Shown: positions 44,073-56,653 of the stretch, piece by piece | Layout: each line of letters starts with the position of its first letter | How positions within the stretch are numbered: the first letter of the stretch is position 1 | DNA from: Bugula neritina | Lineage: Eukaryota > Animalia > Bryozoa | Assembly: GCA_964035545.1 (NCBI GenBank) | Contig: OZ037767.1 | Coordinates: forward strand, 9,744,581 to 9,808,580 | Reading direction: 5' to 3' | DNA: 64,000 nt | The notes under the pieces: generated by a model | The model's database searches: none | Seen by the model: the letters and a program-made list of their open reading frames with translations, nothing else | What the model was told of the DNA's origin: nothing | Program-made: the position numbers and the translations under genes

Positions 44073-47000
44073 ATGACGTCTAAGATTGGGTACAGATTTC
44101 AACTGGCTATTTGTTTACTTATTGGATTTTCTAGATCTGACAATGCTCCTCCAAATATAGTTGTAAGTACATGGTAAAGTATGCCCTTTACAGTTTATGC
44201 TCATTAACATATATACGATACTTATATTTACATATTGTTCTTAAGTTTGAGTATCTATTTAGCTCATAGTGTCCGATGATCTTGGATACAATGATGTCGG
44301 TTACCATGGAAGTCCAGAAATTAAAACACCCAACATTGACAAACTAGCTAGAGATGGAATCCGACTGGAAAACTATTATGTTCAGCCTATCTGCACTCCC
44401 ACAAGAAGTCAATTAATGTCAGGTAGCTGGAAATTATCGTATTTTATGATTAGATTAAATTTTTATTCACTCTATTTTATGAAAAAAAGTTTTATTTAAA
44501 ATAGTGTGTTGCAGGTGAAAGTTTGGTGGTAATAGCCCATGAATATGTTGATGTGAGATATATTTACATTAAGTTACATAGAGTTCTCTGTTTCCTGTAG
44601 GTCGTTACCAGATTCACACTGGGCTGCAACATGGTGTGATAATGCCTTGCATGAGATCTGGTTTACCATTGACACTCCCCACTATGGCTGACAGACTAAG
44701 GAGCTTAGGCTATGCAACACATATAACCGGTTAGTGGAAATATTGACAGCCATTAGTAGTAACAATCTTATTTTATATATGTATAAAGTCAACTTAGTTA
44801 ACCTACTGTATGTGAATTTTGTTTGCAGGTAAATGGCATTTAGGAATGTTCAGGGAGGAATATACACCTACGAAAAGAGGTTTTGACTCTTTCTTTGGCT
44901 ATTTAACAGGAGCTGAGGAACATTTCTCTCATTACATGACGTTAGTTTTTATTTTATTTTCCAAAAATCTGTACTTGTGACTTGAAGCATTATATTTACA
45001 CACTATGTGCTATAACCTATGTGTATCACCACATCATTTCTATTATGAACATATAATATATATATATATATATCACTAGCTACACCAGCACAGTGAACTC
45101 TCAGTGTGGTAATGAGAAATCCATTTGTGGTTAGTTTTTATCTAGAAAAACCAGAATGCTATGTTATGACTGTGTATACCAGTATGTTTTATCTTATGTA
45201 AGTGTCCATTACTTAGCAGCTTCAACTATTATGTTTACACACTATATTATGCAGCATCCATGCTGTACAATGACCCTATATGCGATATGGGCTTATAGTC
45301 GTATAGTCATTCCAGTGTTACAGGAGACGTTAATCAAGTCTGACAGCTGGTTTAGCTGACTATCGGCTGGTCATTTGAACACATATTATATACCAGCTAC
45401 TTTGAACTTTTCTAATTTACCAAAATGTACTATTGTGATGTCAAATTAAGGCAATCTCCTTTATGTGTGTAGATACTACAACTATACTGGGCTAGACTTT
45501 TATGACAACCTGAAGCCCCACAACCAATCCTATGGACAGTACTCGGCCCACGTATTCACGCAGAGAGCTCAGTCTATCATTCAATCACATAACAAGTCTA
45601 AGCCACTGTTTCTGTATCTCCCTTTCCAAAATGTCCACGATCCCCTGGAGGTATGTAAATGCATGTTGTTGGTAATCTATTTAATTACCAGGTTTATGAA
45701 GTTGTTGAATGTGTATGAGCTAGTACTCATACATGGCATACTGACATTAACAAACTAGTGACTGATTAACCTATCAGCGGAGAGAGAGAACATTTCAATG
45801 CTTGTGTAAAACATAAGAATTAAATTTTTTTGTTCTCCATGAGTTTTGTTGTGAAACTGTCTTCTTTATTTTCTCCTAGAAATATTCAAATAATTTGTTT
45901 CAGCATAAACGCATTGATTAGATTATGAATTTTAATACAAAAACTTTAAAGTTTAAAGCACTTTAGTTACTTGTTGAGATCATATGTTGATTTTGTAGGT
46001 GCCTTCATTTTATGAAAACAAATTTGCTAATATAAAATCTAAAAATAGAAGAAGATTTGCTGGAATGGCTGCAGGTAAAGTGTTTTATATTAGCTCATTA
46101 ACTAGCTGCAGTCAGACAACGATAGTAGTGCACAGTCAGAGTTTAAAGCGTTAATTTTAACTTCTAGCCATGGATGAAGGAATTGGGAATATAACTGATA
46201 CCTTGAAATCTAGTGGTCTGTGGAATAATACACTAATAGTATTCACCAATGATAATGGAGCTTACGTACAATTAGGAGGAGGTAACAACGCTCCACTGCG
46301 TGGGGGGAAGTACACGTACTTTGAAGGAGGTATGTGAATAATCGGTGCATTTGATACAGACATGTCTTATGGAGTGCTATTATAAATCTCGTACCAAATA
46401 TGCTGCTGTAGATATAACAATGCTCACACGAAATGGTGGTAGGGATGACAGGCTGTTTGATCTTGCATGTTTGATTGTAATACTTGTATAATATGATCTG
46501 GTAGTATATTATATATATAATTTGGTAATATATTCTATTGAACTGTACTCAGGTGTGAAGGGAGTAGGAATTGTCTCAGGGCCAGTAATTAAAACCCCGG
46601 GAGTTGTCAACCACCAACTGATGCATGTCTCTGATTGGTTCAGTACTCTGACTCATCTAGCTGGTGGTTCACCTTACGGAACTGATGGCTTTGATATGTG
46701 GAAAAGTATCACTCAAAATATGGAAAGTCCAAGAAAAGTATGTATGCGATAGCATAGCTCATTGGTTAAATGTAAGTTAAAGCATTGGCCAGTCATTGGC
46801 GAAATGTATGCTAGAACGTAGCTCATTGGTCAAATGTGTTCTAAAGCATGGCTCATTGGTCAAATGTGTGCTACAGAATTTCTCATTGGTCAAAAGTAGT
46901 GTTTAACTAAGGCTGACACATTTGACATGACGTTATTTGGGTATTGGTTTTATTTCACTAGAAAAGAAAGTGCTAGTCTGTTAGTTACTGTTGAAATAAT

Positions 47001-47782
47001 TGGCCAGTCAGTGTGCCATAATATGTGTAAACCTGTTACAGGAAATCATCTTCAACATTGATCCGATGCTTCCACCAAAAGGTGAATCAAAATCTACAAT
47101 ATTCAACACCTCAATACAAGCGGCCTACAGATATAAAGACTATAAAATACTGACTGGAGATTTTGGCTATGATGGTTGGGCACCAGAGCCATCTCTTGCT
47201 TCAGGTGAGAAGGACTATCAGCAATAAATCATCTATAGTTATATTCATATTATAGACTGGTGTTGAGCATGAATATTTTCTGACGAATAATGATATCTTT
47301 ATAATTTTACCCATTTATTATCAACAACAATTCTAGACTCAGAGTCCATCTTAATTGTATATTTATTTATTATGAATAATGAGTTTACAGTCATTTATTG
47401 TTATGCTCATTTATTATCAGTAAGTCTAGACTCTAGCTTCACATAAACTCACTCATATTTTCATCAATACCATTATTGTTCATCTTTCTGTATGTATTTT
47501 TGTCAGACTAATAAAACCCATTAATTCCAATGTTCAGATGGAATTAATTCAGCTGATACCATGAAGACACCATCAGACAAGAATATTTACTTATTCAATG
47601 TGGCTGAGGATCCAGAGGAGAGGAATGACCTGACAGACTCACACCCGGATGTTGTTAACTTCATGCTGAAGAGGTTGGCCCAGTGGCAAAAGGATTCTGT
47701 GCCGGTTTTCTATCCTCAAGATGACGATAACTGTAACCCTGCTCTACACGGTGGCATTTGGGGGCCGTGGGTGACATCATAA
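44073..47782 (+). CDS. ARSB: Arylsulfatase B/I/J-like sulfatase with signal peptide
   Basis: Exons 44073-44162, 44263-44422, 44601-44729, 44829-44940, 45473-45650, 45999-46074, 46168-46329, 46553-46737, 47042-47204 and 47538-47782. Motifs: [21 protein letters not shown], formylglycine motif [63 protein letters not shown]. The symbol denotes the ARSB/I/J subfamily. Confidence 0.95.
46752..46895. repeat. About 30-bp minisatellite whose core is an inverted CCAAT box (gctcATTGGtcaaatgt)
   Basis: ATTGG cores at 46761, 46795, 46825, 46855 and 46885 in an arylsulfatase intron. Two related units recur at 56068 and 56098. Confidence 0.85.
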
Positions 47783-48205
47783 CTTTTTCTAACAATTTCT
47801 TTAAATGTTTCATATGTTTATACTTATAATTTCATGCTCAACTAATGATCTGTATTTTAAGTACATTTTCTGTTTTGAATTTGTCTTATTTTCAACACCT
47901 GTATTTTTTCTCTTTTTGTTACATCCCACTTTTATTAGAAATCTTATTGAATAATATGAGAAATATTTATTTTCCAGTCAACTATCCCCATGTTTTATTT
48001 ATTGTTTATTTCACCATTATTTCACGTTGTTGCATAATTTTATTGCCGAACAATCTCGTAATTGTTGCTGGTTATTTACTTATTGATATTATTTTTACTT
48101 ATACTATAACAGCATGTAATACAATTCCTGCAAACATTGCAATACTCCTTGCTTTTTTACTCAATACAATAACCACAGCATGGCAAATTCTTAACTCAAC
48201 TCTAT

Positions 48206-48511
48206 CCCCTCATTCACACTTACCATAGGCTATCGTAGGCCGTAACGTAAAACATTAGCCATGTTTAATGGGTCCAGTCTGAAATTTTCAAAGTCAGCTA
48301 TTAGGTACGATCTATGACACTTCATTTGACAATTATATCCAAGAGTTGACACAAAAAGTTTTTCTGTCCAATAAAAGTTCGCTGCAACATTTTTTAATCA
48401 AGCAGTGCTTGATCCTAACGTACCACAATGCCGTACAGAAAGCTCGGACATTTGTAAAACTGGTTGATATTTGTTTTTACGGCCTACGGTGCGGTAAGTG
48501 TGAATGAGTGG
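48206..48511. mobile_element. MITE (about 306 bp) present in copy 1 and absent from copy 2
   Basis: The left end cccctcattcacacttacc...cgtaggccgtaa and the right end ttacggcctacg...ggtaagtgtgaatgagtgg are inverted repeats, with flanks TAT and TAA. The paralogous empty site reads ttctataactgagg (about 57071-57084). Confidence 0.85.
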
Positions 48512-49512
48512 TAAAACTGAGGCAGCAACATAGAATAGTCCATTGAGATTGACCGGCATTACTCAATGAATAATGAAGTGGTTACTTTGTTACTTGTTAG
48601 CAGGATAATTGCTTCTTCTAAAGCAGTACCATTGTTTAGTAGGTAGGTAATTCCCATGTTAGTCTAAGACTTCTTGCAGATGCCTTTCTGTTTTAGTTCA
48701 CGATTAGAAATAAAGAAACACTTATAACATATGATTGTGTGCTTGTGTCCTAATGCTGCTATGAGAATACAACTCTTCATATTGAAGATTTGTATATGAT
48801 GAGGGGACAAATCCCAAAAAAATCTGCTGTCAACAGATTGAGATATTTATGTCTGTGTTTGTGTGTGCATGCGTGCATGTATGTATATATGTATGCATTT
48901 ATGTGTGTATGTGCTTACATTTGTATGTATGTATTAAAGTAATACATGTATATGTTTATATACATTATATTCAATGAGCTGTTTATCAAAAAACAAGGGT
49001 AAATTTGATATTTCAGTATTTATATATGTATTGGTATATTGATATTTATTTTAACAATTTTGCACATTACCACATGCATGAAAGATCAATTGCAGGACAG
49101 AAAACAAATAAAGGTATTAGCTGCATATTATATTAGAATATGTCATTAACAATTCAACAGAATGTGTACATCGCCTGTTAAAAAGAAAAATAAATAAGTT
49201 ATTAAGAAATATATTTCGATATACAATTAAAGATACACAACTCTAGCTGCTTAGAAACTAAAATAGGAGAACTATAACTAAAATTATTGTACACCACTTG
49301 CGTTTTTAATAAAATTACTAACATTTTTAGAATGTTCGAGTATGACAATATCATGGCTCCTAATCAAACCATTAAATACTTGTCATATTACCAACAGAGG
49401 AAAAGCATAACTTCATTCTGAGCTGTATATTTTGTAACAATATTTATAGAAGTTTGTCACAATTTACCGACAAGTGGCAAGGAGCACAGGGTTTAGAGAG
49501 ATGGAGAATTTG

Positions 49513-52168
49513 TTAGAAGCAGCTTGGTGCAGAAGTAGTTTTGGTTGGACCATGGAAATCAGCAGGAAATGTAAATTGTAAATACGAAGGAAGCACAGGT
49601 TCAGAGTTGGTTTCAGTAAGAGCAAATGGATACGGAGGAGGCGGATATTTCTCTAAGAGGAGAGATGAGGCAGAAATGGTGGTTGGTTTAGGAGGATTGT
49701 ATGGTAGAATATCAGAGCTGGTGGTAACTTTTACCACCACTTGCTGATAAACTAAGGAAAATTTGTTCGTTGGGTCGAGGAACCATTCAGATCTCTAAAG
49801 AATGTGAATAGGCAGAGTAGGAAAGAGAATAGATTAGAATTGCATGCATCAGTTGAATGAGTATAATGAAAAAAACTGAACTACACTACAGCAACAGAGT
49901 TGACAAAATAATGGCTTGCAGTAAAAAAGTGCTATAAAACAGAGTGATGAGATATAAAATTGGAGAAATGGGGACAGCGTTGAGCAGAAAACAATTATCA
50001 TAGGCATGGAAAAAAGTAGGTAAAAACTAATAAGTAACACACAGTTCCCAGAGTTGAGGAAATGAAATATTGTTTTGAGTAAAATACCATTGCAATAATT
50101 TAACCAAAAATGTGCAACAAAGTTGAACATCCTTGAATTTGAATAATCATGACATACTTTTCTCAGACGTTCCAAACTTCTCATCATGAGTTTTTCTGCC
50201 TCTTCATTGTATAATTTTATGAATTCATGAAATGGCAGAGTAGGCTGAAAGTAAATGATTTGAGTTATAACAAGGAACTACGACAAGTATATTGTACAGA
50301 GACATTATATTACATGTTATATAGACCCATGCATAGGTAATAGTAGAATGCCACTGTACAGTATATTATTTTATATTATAGCATGAAAATATAGTTCTGC
50401 AATAACATATTACATTTTCATGCAATAAGAAAAAAGGTTAGGAATGAAAGAAAAGCTAGTGGGCTAGTACAGTTCCAAGTTACCTTCATGTTTTTATAAA
50501 AAATGTCAGGCAATATTCTAGTATATGAGAAATGCTATGTTACCTTCAAAGGTTTAGTATCTCCACTATCACCTCTTGCCAATTGGAACATGTCATTCTC
50601 TACAGACCCTGTCTTTGTCAGATCAGCAAACTGATTCAAATTCTCCAGACCAAACACAGAGGTGAGTGGAAAATAATTCAACAAGAGCTCCACTACTTCA
50701 ACTGCTTTCTTAATTTTACTCGGGTCATTATTACTGTTCCTGTTGAATTATTTAAACTATTAACCGAATAAAACTTTTCAAATAATAAGTCAGAATAGTT
50801 AGTTTGTATGTCAACTAAGACACTGTCAACAGCTAACTCATGTATTGCAATAAAAGTTGTTATTAATTAATTAGCGAAGCTTTATAAATATTAAAAATAT
50901 TGTGGCATACAGCATTACAAGTTATTGTACTGCATTGAGTAGTGTAGCTGATAAGTTTATAAACTATTGGTTGGAAAAACATATAATTTTTTATTGCATC
51001 AAACAAAAAACAATATCCCTTTGAATTATAAACACTCACCCAAACAGAGATCCAGCAATAGATTTAGCCAAACTTTCAAATGGCAGGTTTTGACGTTTAC
51101 ATACGATATAGGCAAGTCCTACCATCAGTGTCAGGAGTTGTCTGACCGGCTTTGAGAGAGACATGAGAATTCTGTAGAATGAAAAACGTAGACAGTATTT
51201 AGGAAATATAACACATAAATGTAGCAATGTACAACTATATTAAATAAATTAATCAGAGATCTTAGAGTTTTACAGTAAACCCCATTGCACTTTGCATTAA
51301 AATTTGATGACAGATAAGTGTGGTTGTGTTAAAGCTATTTGCAACTTAATAAAAAAAAGGTTTTATAACACAGTTTATGGCTTCGAATTACCTTCAAAAG
51401 GGTGCAAAACTAGCACAAATATACTTTTCTTATTGAAAAGATCTTAAAACTCTTTGGAAGTTAAATTTCATATATCACTCAGTATTGAATTGGTGACTCA
51501 ACCAAACACTGAAGGGTAGATTAAGCAATATAGAATAATTACTGCATTGCCTGACAAGATAAATTCACTATATTATGAACTGAGTGGTCGACTAAAGCTT
51601 AGACTGTGAGAATTTAGAATAGTCAATGATTCAGTTTCAATGTTACAAAAATATAGCAAAAGCTACAGTGTTGGTAAGTATAATATGTCAGTAATAAAGT
51701 TTGAATCTCAACAGCATTAGAGAGTTAGCCTTGATATTCTGTATGTCAACATCAGTACTCACTTATTGACCATTTTTTTCTTTTCTGCTACTCCTTTTAG
51801 TTTCAAAACTTTAATAAACTTCTTCTCCATCTGCTTCCCAAGAAGGCCATTTGGAATAGCAAGGAGAAACTTCTAAAATGCATATAATATTGAATAGTGA
51901 ATAGTGGAGAGCTAGAGCTAAAAGATTAGTGCTAGGAATAATAAACAGCTAGATTTATATCCCAAATGGAGTTTGGGGTCCAACAGTACATTCTCACATA
52001 TGATATATAATATTAATTAGGAATTGTGGCAGTGCTTATGGTTTTATTGAGAGCAAATATATTTTCAAGTTTGTATTGTAATACAAATTGTTGAAGCTAT
52101 AATCATTTTTTACTTGATAAATGACACGTCTAAACTATAAGAAACAATTTAGATCTTTTAAATTTAAA

Positions 52169-52214
<46 letters not shown>

Positions 52215-53193
52215 GCGTGTGCGTGCGTGTGTGCGTGCGTGCGTGCGTGCGTGCGTGCGTGTGTGTGTGTGTGTGTGTGCGTTTGTATGTGCGTGCTTGT
52301 GTGTGGGTGTATTTGTTCATAAATATGACTTACTTTGACCACAGAACATAGACTGTGGATGCCCACACTTTGGAGGTCAAATTCTTGTCCTGCTGACAAG
52401 GACTCTGATAGTCGGCGTACCTCCCCTGAACTACCTGGCTGCCGGAATATTCCTGTTTGTGAGAGACCAGTCAGAGCGATTTGCATGAAGATATTCTATA
52501 AGAGAGCATTAGGACATGTGTTATGTAGTAGCTACAAACTTATGCTTTACCTTTTATAATGCAGGCTTCCAGTTATAAACATGTGAAGGTTTTTCAGCAA
52601 AAGATTACATACCAGGAGTGTTACTGGAATCTCATTATTTCGAAAGACTCGTTTTAATGGAACTCCAAACTCTAGTCTATAAATATCAAGTATTTACTAC
52701 AACTATAAACGTAATATCAACCAATGGCAGTTTAAATATAGTCACTAAAAATTGCTGCTCAGCAAATATCTTGCCTTATAAAGAACAGATTAGTTTCGAA
52801 AATATAAAACCGTACTATGTGTAATGAGTTACTAGCCAACTTTATTTCAATGCGCTTTCTACAAGTGAAAATAGCAAGTGGGTCTTATCTAAACGCATGG
52901 GAAGTCCAATATTTTAAGAATCAGTTGCAACTATGTAAATAATTTTATGGCACAGCTGTGCCTCTCATAATGATGACCAAATAAGTTTATGTTATTTTGA
53001 CCATATAATATCTTGCTGCCATTTTTGAAGCAACATATAGGCATGATTTCTAAAAGTGCTAATTTACCAAGACAAAACTGTGAACGCTGAAGATGAAATT
53101 TTAGACTCACCTCTCGATAGTAGCATGATCAACACTTTCAGCAGCGGAAGCTGCAGAAGCTCGTCTAGAAAATAGTCTGCTAAAGAAACCCAT
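49513..53193 (-). CDS. Small RhoGAP-domain protein, copy 1
   Basis: Spliced exons give [78 protein letters not shown]...[19 protein letters not shown]...[13 protein letters not shown]...[34 protein letters not shown]...[10 protein letters not shown]...APSCF*. FGVPL, the arginine finger GIFR and K-x-FLxxIPxxL are RhoGAP hallmarks. An acceptor 2 nt before the ATG means there is at least one more upstream exon. Confidence 0.88.
52175..52281. repeat. Compound (GT)n/(GCGT)n microsatellite
   Basis: In RhoGAP intron 3. A shorter paralogous array lies at about 60770-60853. Confidence 0.95.
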
Positions 53194-56100
53194 GGCTAAA
53201 AATAAACACATAGAAATAATAATCCATGCACTATAAGGGTGTTCCTACAAAATCACAACACCTAGTACTACCATAGACCACACAAAAACCTGCTGAACAT
53301 TTTGTGCTTCAAATCAACTAGCCACAAACATTATATCGTGTTCAAATGACTGTAAATAGTTGATATATTGAACTATAGTTAGGCAATTTGACAATTTAGT
53401 AGAGTTTTGTTCACCAACCTTGTTTTCCGAGACAGAAAATATGTTGCAGAAATGAAGTGAGGCAACTACAATGTCAAGCAGTACAGAGACTGGACAATCA
53501 AGTTGCAGAAATATGACTAAAGCACAAAGTATGATACTGAAATAAGTATATACTCTAAACACTGATTCTATGATTAGCAGAATAAAAGATAGAATAGCAT
53601 CTGTATTCTGAGGCAGAGCGAATCAAACTACACAGAGTCATAACATGATGTCTTTCTCATTGTCTTATTAACGTCGCATAACTCATGAGCTCTTAACTAG
53701 TACAATTAGTAAATTACTAGTTATCATTGTTACTATAGAAAGAATGTTACTATATAATATAGTGAATTGAATAAACAGTAGCACAATTTTATTGAAAAAC
53801 CTTGATATTTGATGAATTCCGTAACTGTATTTTTTCAAAGCCTTTCTTTTCTTGTAGAGAATAATAGTCAAAATTGTTGTCTAACTTTTTAAGATAAATT
53901 TAAATTGTCAACCTTTTAGTTGTATTTTCAACCTTAAAAACAATTTTTAGGTAGTGTTTTTGTTTCTCCTAACTGAGCTGAGGTTGGCTTATGTAATTTT
54001 TGTTATACATCAGCTCAGTTTTATGTTGTAAAACTGAATATTAAAGTGAACTAGGCAAGGTTCTATTTCAACATATTTTAGCTTCATGAAAATGACAAAT
54101 TTTTATGATAGTTCACCAACAAGACATATTAATTCTAAATTAAGAGTGTTCACTACATTTATAGAAAAAAATTTCATTTGCCACATTTACCCTAGACATA
54201 CTGGTTTAAATAATTAATTGCATCTTGCTAATCATAGTATCAGCATACATAAAATTATAAGCACAGTATCTACTAAGATTATTAGACTCATGGCTTTGGT
54301 CTTCTTTTGGGCCCAATTGCTTAATGGTAATTTGGCAGTTACTTGGAAACTGGCTGAAAAATTTAATCAAACATAACATTATAAAGTTTACAGCAATACA
54401 TGTCATAGACAAACATAGCTATAACGTTTGTCATAAACTCTAATAGTGGCAAGCACAAGAACGTTACCAGTCTCAATGATTCATCTATAAGAAAGATAAC
54501 TCCAATACAAGAGTTTTCTTTTAAATCCCAGCATAGGTTATGAAACGAAAGCTCAAGACAAAATTAAAAAATTACTGAGTGAAAATTAAATGTAAGTAAA
54601 TCATGTGTTTTAGTGTGTTGTAGACCCACGGCACAATTCCATCAACTACAGGCTCTACCATCTGATGGTTTGTCAGCAGTCAATTGAAAAGTTAAAGATA
54701 AGTAGGAGCATCAAGGTGATATCTTCTTGTCAAGTTATGACATGGCCTTATATATACTGTTGCTATTAGTCAATACATGGTGTTGCTGCAAATCTTTATC
54801 TCTATAATAAGTATGAATGTATTCAGTATTACAGCTAGAGTCTATATTCAAACCTATATCGCTCATGAGCCTGATTAAAACAATTGCAATTATATAGTTA
54901 AGTTTATAAAGTAACATGGGTCATTTTACTTAATTTAGTACACACTGGAAATATCCAGTTTTTAGCTATTTTTCACAATTTAGCTGCTAATGAACATGGG
55001 TTTTTGCCCAAAACTAGTAAGATATCAATAAATACACCTAAATAGTCAAGGTTCTTCTTAATTTTGCTTGATTTCCCATGTTTTTTCCTAATTAGTCAGC
55101 TACTTTTAATTGCTGACCGTTACGGCTTTTTCGAATAAGAATAAGAATAAGCCAGTAAAATAAAAATATATCGTGATCAAAACTCATTAGTGATTATTTG
55201 CACTTGGATTAATGTGATACTGATAATAAATCAATATCACGCTAATCATTGACCAATATCCACAAATTCTATTTAGCTATCAATCTCTATATACTACAAT
55301 GTTGTTGCTATGTTGTCTATAATCTACTTTGGGCTTAAGAATACATTTCACTTCAACAAGTGACGACAACCCCAACATACTCCTTCTCGAAAGGTATAAT
55401 ATGTCAACTATAATAAACACATAAATATCATCCTATTTGCAGTAACTGTAGCAGCAGCAGTTGTAATTGCTATATTTGTACATACTACTCACTCCATCAC
55501 TTAGTTTTTTTATGACTTGCTCTGTCATTTGTTTACTTGTATACTATCTCACTAGTATAGGCTATAGCTTAATGAATCTCTCAGCTATGGGACTGGCTCT
55601 GTGCCGAGGAGCTGAAACTGTTTTTCAACACATGGTATACGGATAATGGAGTTGTCCTTCCATCATAGCTATCAGCTATCATCCCTGCATTCACATGTTT
55701 ACTGTTGAGTGATTTGTAGCCTGAGAGCCTAAGATGAAAGCTGGTAACTTGCCAGGTTCAAGTTGCAGTGGTTTAGGTAATACCCGTACAACCCCTCAGC
55801 AAATCAGTATAGAATCTGCCTGCCTTGTTTGACTTTTCTAATGACTCAATAGTCCTGGAAGAGAAAAGCATTTTGTCCTCTATTTTGTTGTTTATGAGTT
55901 TCTATTCAGAGTTTATTTTCTCAGTCTGTTCCATTTATACTCTGTAATTTGAAACTCTGCATTGCAGAGTGTTCAAAGTGTTTTCTCTGACCAGAAAGAC
56001 TGTGGAAACTATACTTACTTTTTACATTCAGATTTCAGGCAGTAAAATAACATAGTATATATAGCTCATTGGTGAAATGCAACCTATGTCATAGCTGATT

Positions 56101-56225
56101 GGTAGAAATTATTTGAGACATTGGCTTTTTCAGTAGAAAAAGAAGTGCTAGTCATTGAGTTACTATTGAAATACTTTTTTCCAGTCAGTGTGTCATGGTA
56201 TGTAAACTATCTTTCTGTGTTACAG

Positions 56226-56653
56226 GAAATCATTTTCGACATTGATCCGATGTTTCCACCAAAAGGTGAATCAAAATCTACAATATTCAACACCTCCATA
56301 CAAACGGCCTACAGATATAAAGCTTATAAAAGACTGACTGGAGATCTTGGTTATGATGGCTGGGCACCAGAGCCATCTCTTGCTTCAGGTGTGAAGGACT
56401 ATCAGCAATAAGTCTAGTCACTTCTAGTTTTACTCATTTATTACCAACAATAACTCTAGACTTAGAGCCCCTATTAATTATATGTTTATTATCAACAATG
56501 AGTTTACAGTCGCTTATTGTTATACTGATTTATTATCAGTAATTCTAGAGCCTCGTAAAGTCACTTATATTTCCAGTTTTCTATCCTCAGGATGACGAGA
56601 ACTGTAACCCTGCTGTACACGGTGGTATTTGGGAGCCGTGGGTGACATCATAA
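56226..56653 (+). pseudogene. Orphan duplicate of the last two arylsulfatase exons (last exon partly deleted)
   Basis: 56226-56388 matches exon 47042-47204 with six amino-acid changes. 56577-56653 matches only the last 77 nt of the terminal exon. No upstream sulfatase exons are present in copy 2. Confidence 0.8.

Larger units (their letters stand above)
46755..56055. repeat. Tandem segmental duplication, copy 1 (about 9.3 kb)
   Basis: Colinear with 56060-64000. Paired anchors: 47042/56226, 49513/58076, 53193/61769, and about 55350/63961. Boundaries are approximate. Confidence 0.93.

Noticed and set aside
45080-45129. Extra micro-exon in the arylsulfatase
   Set aside because: Both candidate donors leave the wrong phase, whereas the flanking exons join directly in frame (HYMT|YYNYTGLDF).
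54735-54917. ORFs conserved between the duplicates (also 53683-53871 and 54206-54412)
   Set aside because: They lie in near-identical blocks, so conservation is trivial, and no protein motifs are recognisable.
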